From the NCBI GenBank assembly GCA_910580105.1, contig CAJTWN010000019.1, positions 1-26,211 on the forward strand: DNA of 26,211 nt. The letters are read 5' to 3'. The DNA is from an uncultured Clostridia bacterium. Its GTDB lineage: Bacteria; Bacillota; Clostridia; Monoglobales; Monoglobaceae. The position numbers were made by a program, and so were the translations under genes. Positions 8,651 through 16,268 of the stretch are shown piece by piece. How positions within the stretch are numbered: the stretch's first letter is position 1; each line of letters begins with the position of its first letter. The notes below the pieces were generated by a model that did not search any database, was not told where the DNA came from, and saw only the letters and a list, made by a program, of their open reading frames with translations.

Positions 8651-9808
8651 TTATATATCTTTTCGTTTTTCAGTTTTATTTTTATACATCTCTCGGTCTG
8701 CCCGTTCAAAGACCTTTTCCAAAGCATCCTGCGGCGCATCCGATAAATGCGCATAACCTGCCGAGACAGACAGTGCAATCCCCAAAACCGCGCTTTCCTG
8801 TTCCATCAATTGCTGGACAGCCGCAATTTTACTGCGGATTTCCTGCTCGTTTTCTGCCCGCAAAAATACGGCAAATTCATCTCCGCCAAGACGGAACAAA
8901 TATGGAAACCATTCAGAAAAAACTTCTTTTAAAACCTTTGCAGTGGTCTGAATTGCCAAATCTCCAGTCAGATGGCCTTTGGAATCGTTGATTTGCTTTA
9001 AGCTGTCCAGATCCCATACGATACAAAATAAGCGTCCTTCCTCTGTCAGCGCTTCCCGCTGGGCATTTACTTTTTCAATATAGGAAGCACGATTATACAA
9101 ACCGGTCATCGCATCTGTGTAAGCAATTTTATAAATTTCCTTCTCTCTTTGCAGTGCTTTCTTCTGATCGTTAATCTTTTTCGTTTTCAATATAGAGTGG
9201 ATAAATACGATATAGCAGGATATAATTATGACAGAAAAAACAAAATAGGCCGGACCATACTCAATCCGTTCTATAAGGGGTTTTGGATAAGCCGCAAAAA
9301 ATAAAAGCCCGAAATAGATAAGCGCCGATGTAACCGCCATATCCAACCATCCCACATCTGGTATTTCCAGTAAATCATGATATTTTTTAAAATGGTTTTT
9401 CCCCACATATATAACAAAAAGAAACAAAAGAGTGGTGGTTATCAGCATGATAAGATTCCCGGTGGTATTTCCTGACAGAATTCCTATATACCGACCCAAA
9501 AAGGCAATAATAAGCGAAATAGAATCCACGAAACAGAAGGTCAGAAAAAAACGGCTGTCCTTATGTTTTGAAAGATAAAAAAACAGCAGGAAACTGGGAA
9601 TGCTCATACATACGGCCGAAGCAATAGAGGCAGGAATTTCCATCAGATAGACCGCTGTAAAATAAGCTAAAATAATGGTGGTGCATCCACTGTACATCAG
9701 GACCTTTTCAAAAAGCCGGTCTTTTTTTAAGATAATCAGCCGTGTAAATATAAAAAGGTCAAAAAAGATAACTATAATATCATTAAAGATAAAAAGCAGC
9801 TGCTGCAT
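8651..9808 (-). CDS. Membrane-anchored diguanylate cyclase (GGDEF domain)
   Basis: 385 aa. About seven hydrophobic helices in residues 1-205, then DAMTGLYNR, DLDSLKQINDSKGHLTGD and RLGGDEFAV motifs. GAGGAGG RBS. Confidence 0.85.
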   Translation of the reverse strand: MQQLLFIFNDIIVIFFDLFIFTRLIILKKDRLFEKVLMYSGCTTIILAYFTAVYLMEIPASIASAVCMSIPSFLLFFYLSKHKDSRFFLTFCFVDSISLIIAFLGRYIGILSGNTTGNLIMLITTTLLFLFVIYVGKNHFKKYHDLLEIPDVGWLDMAVTSALIYFGLLFFAAYPKPLIERIEYGPAYFVFSVIIISCYIVFIHSILKTKKINDQKKALQREKEIYKIAYTDAMTGLYNRASYIEKVNAQREALTEEGRLFCIVWDLDSLKQINDSKGHLTGDLAIQTTAKVLKEVFSEWFPYLFRLGGDEFAVFLRAENEQEIRSKIAAVQQLMEQESAVLGIALSVSAGYAHLSDAPQDALEKVFERADREMYKNKTEKRKDI

Positions 9809-9829
9809 TCGTACACCTCCTCGTCACCA

Positions 9830-9869
9830 ATAAAAGATAGAAAGCCGGGCAAGGAGACGTATGCCCGGC
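9830..9869 (-). terminator. Hairpin terminator after the lipoprotein gene
   Basis: gccgggca (9844-9851) pairs with tgcccggc (9862-9869). A U-rich tract (tttctatcttt) follows on the minus strand, and a T run also follows on the plus strand. Confidence 0.45.
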
Positions 9870-9878
9870 CATTCTTTT

Positions 9879-10739
9879 TTATCTGTCCGTGCGGATAACC
9901 CTGCCGTCTGAAAAAATCTGCACCGTAAAGGTTTCTCCGTTATATTGCATGGGAAGTTCGTAATATTTATGATTGTTATCATCATATTTTGCAGGAAGTT
10001 CTTCCAAACCTAAATCTCCGGCCATATCGGGATATTCCTCGCGCAGATATTCCATTGCCTTTTCCGGAGTAAAGTCCTTCTCGCCGGGATTTTCCTCGTC
10101 TTTGGCGGCCTCTTGCTTTTTCCCCTTCTCTGCCTTTTCTTTTATTTCATTATATTTGGTTTTCTGCTCTGTCTTTGCATAGGTCATGTCAAGGGCCTGC
10201 AAACTCTCCAGCGCGCTGTTATATAATTCTGTATTCAGTAGATTTTCTGCAATCTGTAGTTGCAGGTCAATCTCTTCCTGTGCGGAAAAAATATCCTTGT
10301 TCGGCACATCTGTCGCAGATGTTTTTCCGGGTTTTTCTGTGGAATCAGAATCCTTCTCCTTCTTTTCTGCATCCGGAAGGGAGGCCTTCAATGACCGCAG
10401 CAGACGGTTAATATCTTCCGCAATGGATAAATTCTGATACCGCTCCGGCAAATCTTCAAGATACTCCGCGGCGGCTTCGTCATCACCCAGTTCATGGGCT
10501 TCCTTGGCCTTCAGAAACTTATCCACAATCTGATATGTTTCTTTTGCCTGAACATTTTCCGGATCTTCCTGCGCCGCTTTTTTAAAAGCATTTCTGGCCT
10601 TTTCATACTGACCATTTTCGATGTATGTAAGCCCCTGCTGCACAAGATCATCCTTTTCCTTGCCGCATCCGGAAAGGGCGGCGGCAGAAAGAAGCATCAA
10701 GGTGCAGCAGATAAACAAAAGGAAAATACGCTTTGTCAT
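9879..10739 (-). CDS. Lipoprotein with TPR-like N-terminal region, function unknown
   Basis: 286 aa. Signal peptide plus lipobox (LSAAALSG-C), a TPR-like segment (ENGQYEKARNAFKKAAQEDPENVQA) and a highly charged middle. GAGGT RBS. Confidence 0.6.
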   Translation of the reverse strand: MTKRIFLLFICCTLMLLSAAALSGCGKEKDDLVQQGLTYIENGQYEKARNAFKKAAQEDPENVQAKETYQIVDKFLKAKEAHELGDDEAAAEYLEDLPERYQNLSIAEDINRLLRSLKASLPDAEKKEKDSDSTEKPGKTSATDVPNKDIFSAQEEIDLQLQIAENLLNTELYNSALESLQALDMTYAKTEQKTKYNEIKEKAEKGKKQEAAKDEENPGEKDFTPEKAMEYLREEYPDMAGDLGLEELPAKYDDNNHKYYELPMQYNGETFTVQIFSDGRVIRTDR

Positions 10740-10914
10740 AATTTTACCTCATTTCCATCAAGGGCGGTGCCCCATAATTTTATACCTCCGATAAATTCGG
10801 AAAGCTGTTTCTCCTCTGATTCCTATATGGATAATTTGTATATATTTATATAACCATTTTTCTGGAAATCATCCGTCCCCCGTCCAAAAGGTGGCGTTTA
10901 TCCATGATACGGTT

Positions 10915-13464
10915 TTACGCTTCTGTCACCGGTGCCGCTTCTTCCGTTGATATGGTTGTGTCATCTTCGCCGGTATCAGAATCGATCACTTCTTCTTCAT
11001 GGTCCTCTTTCTCGACGCGGGCAACCGAAACAAGGCTAACCCCTTCTGCCAGACGCATCAGGCGGACTCCCTTGGTCACACGGCCATAGGTGCTGATATC
11101 CTCTGTATCCAGACGGATAATGACACCCTCAGAGGTGATTAAAATAATATCATCTGTGGGTGCAACGACCTTGATCCCTGCCACACAACCGGTTGCTTCG
11201 CTGATTTTATAGGTTGTGGTTCCTTTACCGCCGCGGCTCTGGCATTTGTATTCCGAAAGTTCGGTTTTCTTTCCATAGCCGTTTTCGCTGACAATCAGCA
11301 TTTTGGCATCTTCGCGATAGACGCTCATACCAATGACATAATCCCCGTTCTCTAGGGTAATTGCGCGAACACCGCGGGAAACGCGGCCCATGGTGCGGAC
11401 ATCCTTTTCGTTAAACCGGATCATTTTTCCCTGATGTGTACCGATGAAGAGATCGGTATTTCCATCCGTTAATTTTACCCGGATTAATTCGTCACCCTCA
11501 TCCAGTTTAATTGCAATTTTGCCGCCTTTGGGAGCGTTTTGATATTCCATCAGATCGGTTTTCTTAATGATGCCGCCCCTTGTACACATAACCAAGTTCT
11601 TGCCCTCTTCATATTCCCGTACGGGAATCATAGCTGAGATACTCTCTCCCGGTTCAAGGGCAAGCAGATTGACAACCGCCGTCCCCTTTGCCTGTCGTCC
11701 TGCTTCCGGAATCTCATAGGCCTTGATGCGGTACATCCGGCCGGTATTGGTAAAGAACAGAATATGGGCATGGGTGGAAGAGATAAACATGGTGTCAACA
11801 AAGTCTTCTTCTTTGGTTTGCAGACCGATGATCCCTTTACCGCCGCGGCGCTGACTTTTATAGGTATCAACAGACAAACGCTTGATATATCCCTGATGGG
11901 TCATGGTAATAACGTTGTCTTCTTCTTCAATCAAATCTTCAATGTCGATATCGTCGGCAACCGGTTCGATGGAAGTTCTTCTGTCATCACCGTATTTATC
12001 ACCAATTGCAGTAATTTCTTCTTTGATAATATCCAGTATCATCTGTTCATTGCCGAGAATTTCTGCCAGATGCTGAATGAGCGCGGTCAATTCATTGTAC
12101 TCATTATCAATTTTTTCCCGTTCCATTCCTGCAAGCCGTCCGAGACGCATATCCAAAATGGCCTGTGCCTGCAAGTCTGTCAACGCAAATTCGTCAATTA
12201 ACCGTTGTTTTGCATCATTGTAACTGTTACGGATGATATTGATGACCGCATCAATGTGATCAAGGGCAATCTTCAATCCTTCCAGGATATGTGCCCGGGC
12301 TTCTGCTTTTTTCTTGTCATACTGGGTACGGCGGACAATCACATCCTTTTGAAAATCCACATAGTATTCCAGAACCTGCTTTAAATTCAGGATCTTCGGA
12401 TCGGTGGTATTGACAAGGGCCAGCATGATAATGCTGAAGGTGTCTTCCAATTGGGTATATTTATAAAGCTGGTTGAGGATGATGGTTGCATTTACATCCC
12501 GCTTCAGTTCAATGACAATCCGCATACCTTCACGGTCTGATTCATCACGTAAATCAGAGATGCCTTCAACCCGTTTGTCATGGACGAGTTCCGCGATTTT
12601 TTCAATCAGCCGGGCTTTATTGACCATATAGGGGATTTCCGTTATAATAATCCGCTGCCGGTTCTCTTTCCAGTCCTCAATTTCTGCCTTTGCCCGAACC
12701 TTTAATTTGCCGCGGCCGGTATGATAGGCCGCCCGGATTCCGCTCACACCCATAATCTGTGCGCCGGTGGGAAAATCAGGCGCCGGAATGTATTCCATCA
12801 GTTCATCAATGGTGATGTCCGGATTATCAATCAGGGCAACAATACCATTGATAACCTCCCGCAGATTGTGGGGTGGAATATTGGTTGCCATACCGACGGC
12901 AATACCATTGGAACCATTGACCAAAAGATGGGGGAAACGGGAAGGAAGAACGACAGGTTCTTTCCGGCTTTCATCAAAGTTTGGCATGAAGTCAACGGTT
13001 TCTTTTTCTATATCGGTCAGCATGTGCATGGACAGCTTTGACATCCTTGCCTCTGTATAACGATAGGCAGCCGCTCCGTCACCATCAATCGAACCAAAGT
13101 TACCATGGCCGTCTACCATAGGGTACCGCAGAGAGAAGTCCTGTGCCATACGGACCAGGGAATCATAAACTGCGGCGTCACCGTGGGGATGATACCGACC
13201 GAGAACGTTACCGACTGTCGTTGCACATTTTCTGTATGCTTTGTCCGGCGTGAAGCCGTCTTCGTACATCGCATAAAGGATCCTGCGGTGTACCGGCTTC
13301 AAGCCGTCGCGGACATCAGGAAGTGCACGGCCCACAATAACGGACATTGCGTAATCAATATAGGACTTGCGCATTTCATTATCAAGTTCTACCGGAATAA
13401 TTTTCAGATGATCGGGATTGAACATCTCTTTGTCCAGGCCCCGGTCATTTTCTTTCTTTGCCAT
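10915..13464 (-). CDS. gyrA: DNA gyrase subunit A
   Basis: 849 aa. It has the GRALPDVRDGLKPVHRRIL motif, active-site region AAAYRYTEARM, GyrA-box QRRGGKG in the C-terminal beta-pinwheel, and an acidic tail. AAGGAG RBS. Confidence 0.93.
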   Translation of the reverse strand: MAKKENDRGLDKEMFNPDHLKIIPVELDNEMRKSYIDYAMSVIVGRALPDVRDGLKPVHRRILYAMYEDGFTPDKAYRKCATTVGNVLGRYHPHGDAAVYDSLVRMAQDFSLRYPMVDGHGNFGSIDGDGAAAYRYTEARMSKLSMHMLTDIEKETVDFMPNFDESRKEPVVLPSRFPHLLVNGSNGIAVGMATNIPPHNLREVINGIVALIDNPDITIDELMEYIPAPDFPTGAQIMGVSGIRAAYHTGRGKLKVRAKAEIEDWKENRQRIIITEIPYMVNKARLIEKIAELVHDKRVEGISDLRDESDREGMRIVIELKRDVNATIILNQLYKYTQLEDTFSIIMLALVNTTDPKILNLKQVLEYYVDFQKDVIVRRTQYDKKKAEARAHILEGLKIALDHIDAVINIIRNSYNDAKQRLIDEFALTDLQAQAILDMRLGRLAGMEREKIDNEYNELTALIQHLAEILGNEQMILDIIKEEITAIGDKYGDDRRTSIEPVADDIDIEDLIEEEDNVITMTHQGYIKRLSVDTYKSQRRGGKGIIGLQTKEEDFVDTMFISSTHAHILFFTNTGRMYRIKAYEIPEAGRQAKGTAVVNLLALEPGESISAMIPVREYEEGKNLVMCTRGGIIKKTDLMEYQNAPKGGKIAIKLDEGDELIRVKLTDGNTDLFIGTHQGKMIRFNEKDVRTMGRVSRGVRAITLENGDYVIGMSVYREDAKMLIVSENGYGKKTELSEYKCQSRGGKGTTTYKISEATGCVAGIKVVAPTDDIILITSEGVIIRLDTEDISTYGRVTKGVRLMRLAEGVSLVSVARVEKEDHEEEVIDSDTGEDDTTISTEEAAPVTEA

Positions 13465-13697
13465 AAACAGCGCTCCTTATTTTATGTAAAATTTCAACAA
13501 ACAAAAAACTATATATAAAATATATTCGACGCAAAATCCCCATTTCCTTTTTATTCTCAAAAAATTATGCCTATTTTCCATTTTATAATTTTCATCCTTC
13601 CTTTTTTCCTCTTTTTGACGGATTGAAAATCACGGTGCTTCGATTGTTTCATTCTATGTACCGCACATTTTTCATATGAAAAGCCATGAATTAAGAC

Positions 13698-13727
13698 TTG
13701 ACAAAAGCAGGTGGATTATAGTATAAT
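13698..13727 (+). promoter_or_regulatory. Candidate sigma-A promoter upstream of tRNA-Thr
   Basis: TTGACA (13698-13703), 18-nt spacer, TATAAT (13722-13727). This implies a ~108-nt leader before the tRNA. Confidence 0.4.
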
Positions 13728-13841
13728 TCTAATGTTCTGTTCTGCCGGTGCGCAATTTCAGAACAGACAAATCTCGAAGAACTTTTATATAGAAGTCTTT
13801 CGTTTTAGGGAAGATGAAGATTTTATCATCGGGTATGATTT

Positions 13842-13917
13842 GCTACCGTGGCTCAGCAGGTAGAGCAGCTCACTCGTAATGAGCAGGTCGTCCGTTCAAA
13901 TCGGATCGGTAGCTCCA
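13842..13917 (+). tRNA. tRNA-Thr, anticodon CGU, with encoded CCA
   Basis: Hand-folded cloverleaf: acceptor gctaccg/cggtagc, D stem gctc/gagc, anticodon stem gctca/tgagc with loop ctCGTaa, T stem gtccg/cggat with loop ttcaaat, discriminator T plus CCA. Confidence 0.9.
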
Positions 13918-13942
13918 CGTCGCAGCGAACTACGCTGCATTC

Positions 13943-13972
13943 AAAAATCCCAGCCTTTGGCTGGGATTTTTT
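13943..13972 (+). terminator. Rho-independent terminator after tRNA-Thr
   Basis: atcccagcc-ttt-ggctgggat (9-bp stem) followed by T6. Confidence 0.7.
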
Positions 13973-13997
13973 CATATGCTTCGTTGCTGCTCCTCTT

Positions 13998-14078
13998 TCG
14001 CGAAAAGGCACGCTTGCTGCGGCTATGCCCTTGTAAACGCGGGCATCACGCCTCCGCTGCGCTACCACCTTTTCGCGA
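13998..14078. repeat. 11-bp inverted repeat enclosing an inner hairpin; each arm contains a TTCGCGA(A) palindrome core
   Basis: tcgcgaaaagg (13998-14008) versus ccttttcgcga (14068-14078). The inner hairpin is atgccc (14025-14030) pairing with gggcat (14041-14046). Confidence 0.5.
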
Positions 14079-14152
14079 GGTTGCGCCTACGGCACAAATA
14101 TCTATATTGTTCTATTTTCCCAAATCTCAAGTTTTTTAATTATTGACTTTAT

Positions 14153-14179
14153 GCGCCATTGCGGCGCTTTTTGTTTTTT
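14153..14179 (+). terminator. Possible short terminator with no associated ORF
   Basis: gcgcc-attgc-ggcgc (5-bp GC stem) followed by tttttgtttttt. Confidence 0.3.
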
Positions 14180-14347
14180 CAAACGTATGACCAAAAACTT
14201 TTGAAATAGATGCCCAAAAAGAAAAATTTATTCAATTGAACCATCTGTGCCAGAATCCCCAAACGCAATATCCGAATTATCTGAATTTTCAGATGCAAAA
14301 CAGATAAAAATCCGCTTCTGCCTTGGCGGATGTCCGGTGACGCAGGA

Positions 14348-14368
14348 CAGGGGGCAGGGGGCAGGGGG
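14348..14368. repeat. Tandem heptamer (CAGGGGG)x3
   Basis: Direct reading gives cagggggcagggggcaggggg. Confidence 0.9.
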
Positions 14369-14526
14369 CTGTGTCGGACTTTGTGCATTTGCAGTTATAT
14401 CTGGCAATATGTATATTGACGCCGCCTTCTTTGTCTTTCTTGCGGTGCGGGGAAATGCCTAAAATAAATTTACGCAGAATGCTGATTTCCTGTTTTCTAA
14501 TCACCATGCCTTACGTTGGCACGCCA

Positions 14527-14555
14527 TTGCACTTCATATGGGGTATACGCATAAT
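14527..14555 (+). promoter_or_regulatory. Candidate promoter for the toxin-immunity operon
   Basis: TTGCAC (14527-14532), 17-nt spacer, CATAAT (14550-14555), about 45 nt upstream of the toxin ATG. Confidence 0.3.
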
Positions 14556-14602
14556 CAGAGCTTGAAAAAAGTAAAGGTGTATGATACGATTGGAGTGATA
14601 AA

Positions 14603-15124
14603 ATGACGTATAGTAAAAACTGGGTGACTTGGATTGCAATTATCACAATGGGGATTTGCCCGGGATGTTATTTCCGTAATGGGAAGATCTATTCCTATGA
14701 CGAATTGCAAGCGATTGGTGAGCCGCAGCTGCATCCAAACTGCAAATGTTTTTTACAGCAGATGGAGGCAATCAAAGCAGGTCAAGCCACAAAATTGGGT
14801 ATGAACGGTGCAGATTGGTGGATAAAGTATCTCCAGAAATTACCGGATTACTACATTACGCGAGAAGAAGCGAAGGCGCTTGGCTGGAGAAAAAAGAAAG
14901 GCAATTTCGCACAGGCGGCGCCTGGATATATGCTCTTTGGCGGGGAGTATAGAAACAAAGATAATATACTGCCGCGAAAAGCAGGACGAATTTGGTATGA
15001 GACAGACCTGAATTATACTGACGGCTATCGTACAAATGACAGACTGATGTTTTCCAATGACGGACTTATTTTTGTGACATATGATCACTATCATACATTT
15101 GCAGAAATAATAGGGGAGGAATAG
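14603..15124 (+). CDS. Barnase-family ribonuclease toxin carrying only the C-terminal tail of a phage MuF/SPP1-gp7 head-morphogenesis domain
   Basis: Residues ~70-170 align with B. amyloliquefaciens barnase along most of their length (KLPDyYITreEAkALGW..KGN.A..APG..GG...LP..GR.W.E.D.NYT.G.R..DR...DHY.TF). Catalytic Glu73, Arg83, Arg87 and His102 equivalents are all present. Residues ~10-52 (WIAIITMGICPGCYFRNGK...PQLHPNCKC) match the spacing of the MuF C-terminal W..(x)C..C...GK...PP.HPNCRC motif. GGAG RBS 6 nt upstream. Confidence 0.85.
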   Translation: MTYSKNWVTWIAIITMGICPGCYFRNGKIYSYDELQAIGEPQLHPNCKCFLQQMEAIKAGQATKLGMNGADWWIKYLQKLPDYYITREEAKALGWRKKKGNFAQAAPGYMLFGGEYRNKDNILPRKAGRIWYETDLNYTDGYRTNDRLMFSNDGLIFVTYDHYHTFAEIIGEE

Positions 15125-15127
15125 AAA

Positions 15128-15403
15128 ATGGAGAAAATTACTTTGGATTTTACCGGCTGTAAATCGCCGCTGCTGCTGCATATGATTTTTAAAGAAACCT
15201 TTGGGTTTCCGGATTTCTATGGGAAAAACTTATATGCTTTATGGGACTGTCTCCGGGACTATTGTCCGGACGACTGCATCATTTACGTAAAAGGAACCCG
15301 GACACTCCCAAAGGAATTTGGAGAATATATGGAAAGGATTTATGAAATTTTTCATGATGTAGAAGAAGAAGGGGAAAATATTCAATTTGTGATTGTTTCC
15401 TGA
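15128..15403 (+). CDS. Barstar-family RNase inhibitor (immunity protein), allele A, copy 1
   Basis: 91 aa. FPDFYGKNLYALWDCL aligns with the barstar barnase-binding helix LPEYYGENLDALWDCL. A GGGGAGG RBS overlaps the toxin 3' end, and the ATG lies 3 nt after the toxin stop. Confidence 0.9.
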   Translation: MEKITLDFTGCKSPLLLHMIFKETFGFPDFYGKNLYALWDCLRDYCPDDCIIYVKGTRTLPKEFGEYMERIYEIFHDVEEEGENIQFVIVS

Positions 15404-15438
15404 GCATTATGCAATCCCTGTCACATCTGCGTTTCCGG
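15128..15438 (+). repeat. Perfect 311-bp direct repeat, copy 1 (identical to 15993-16303)
   Basis: Base-by-base comparison of the two stretches shows no mismatch. Identity breaks at -1 (a/g) and at +312 (a/c). Confidence 0.95.
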
Positions 15439-15557
15439 ATTTGAATTATACCGGCAGCTATCACACAAATGACCGGCTGTTGTTTTCAGATAATGGATTG
15501 GTCTTCGTGACATATGATCACTATCAAACGTTTGCAGAAATAATAGGGGAGGAATAG
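15432..15557 (+). pseudogene. Orphan barnase-toxin 3' fragment 1 (last ~39 codons, no start codon)
   Basis: Translates as FPDLNYTGSYHTNDRLLFSDNGLVFVTYDHYQTFAEIIGEE*, homologous to toxin residues 135-173. It lacks the N-terminal two-thirds including the catalytic Glu, and has no ATG or RBS. Confidence 0.75.
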
Positions 15558-15560
15558 AGA

Positions 15561-15836
15561 ATGAACGAAATTATATTGGATTTGACAGGGTGTAAATCGT
15601 TATTGGAATTACACCTGATTTTCAAAGAAACTTTTGGATTTCCTGATTTTTACGGAAAAAATTTGGATGCTTTATGGGATAGTCTTTGGGAATACTGTCC
15701 GGAAGATACCATTGTTTATGTAAAGGGAACCAAGACACTTCCAAAAGAATTTGGAGAATACATGGAAAAGATTTATGAAATCTTTCATGATGTAGAAGCA
15801 GAAGACGACAACATTCATTTTGTGATTGTTTCCTGA
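15561..15836 (+). CDS. Barstar-family RNase inhibitor (immunity protein), allele B
   Basis: 91 aa, identical to allele A at 71/91 positions by my count (20 differences). FPDFYGKNLDALWDSL retains the barstar Asp35 equivalent. GGGGAGG RBS. Confidence 0.9.
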   Translation: MNEIILDLTGCKSLLELHLIFKETFGFPDFYGKNLDALWDSLWEYCPEDTIVYVKGTKTLPKEFGEYMEKIYEIFHDVEAEDDNIHFVIVS

Positions 15837-15864
15837 GCATTATGCAATTCCTGTCACATCTGCG

Positions 15865-15975
15865 TTTCCGGATTTGAATTATGCCGGCAGCTATCACACA
15901 AATGACCGGCTGTTGTTTTCCAATGACGGACTTATTTTCGTGACATGTGATCACTATCAAACGTTTGTGAAATAA
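15865..15975 (+). pseudogene. Orphan barnase-toxin 3' fragment 2 (1-nt deletion, premature stop)
   Basis: Translates as FPDLNYAGSYHTNDRLLFSNDGLIFVTCDHYQTFVK*. Relative to fragment 1, a 1-nt deletion (tttgcagaaataa becomes tttgtgaaataa) gives an earlier TAA. No start codon. Confidence 0.75.
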
Positions 15976-15992
15976 CAGGGGAGGAATAGAAG

Positions 15993-16268
15993 ATGGAGAA
16001 AATTACTTTGGATTTTACCGGCTGTAAATCGCCGCTGCTGCTGCATATGATTTTTAAAGAAACCTTTGGGTTTCCGGATTTCTATGGGAAAAACTTATAT
16101 GCTTTATGGGACTGTCTCCGGGACTATTGTCCGGACGACTGCATCATTTACGTAAAAGGAACCCGGACACTCCCAAAGGAATTTGGAGAATATATGGAAA
16201 GGATTTATGAAATTTTTCATGATGTAGAAGAAGAAGGGGAAAATATTCAATTTGTGATTGTTTCCTGA
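15993..16268 (+). CDS. Barstar-family RNase inhibitor (immunity protein), allele A, copy 2
   Basis: Nucleotide-identical to 15128-15403, with the same RBS context. Confidence 0.9.
   Translation: MEKITLDFTGCKSPLLLHMIFKETFGFPDFYGKNLYALWDCLRDYCPDDCIIYVKGTRTLPKEFGEYMERIYEIFHDVEEEGENIQFVIVS

Noticed and set aside
13480-13530. dif-like Xer recombination site (ttatgtaaaat resembles the Firmicutes XerD arm TTATGTAAACT)
   Set aside because: Only the one arm is similar. The adjacent sequence does not match the XerC arm and spacer, and the match overlaps the gyrA RBS region.
13848-14139. ORFs 13848-14036 (+), 13879-14139 (+) and 13853-14068 (-)
   Set aside because: They overlap the tRNA-Thr gene and its terminator, have no RBS, and their translations are unrecognisable.
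14345-14368. G-quadruplex from the (CAGGGGG)x3 repeat
   Set aside because: There are only three G5 tracts plus a GG, so a canonical four-tract G4 is not supported. It is kept as a simple tandem repeat.
14603-14670. The hydrophobic N-terminus of the toxin ORF (WVTWIAIITMGIC) as a signal peptide or lipobox
   Set aside because: There is no positively charged n-region and no proper L-[AS]-[GA]-C lipobox. The segment aligns instead with the conserved W...C..C stretch of the MuF domain.
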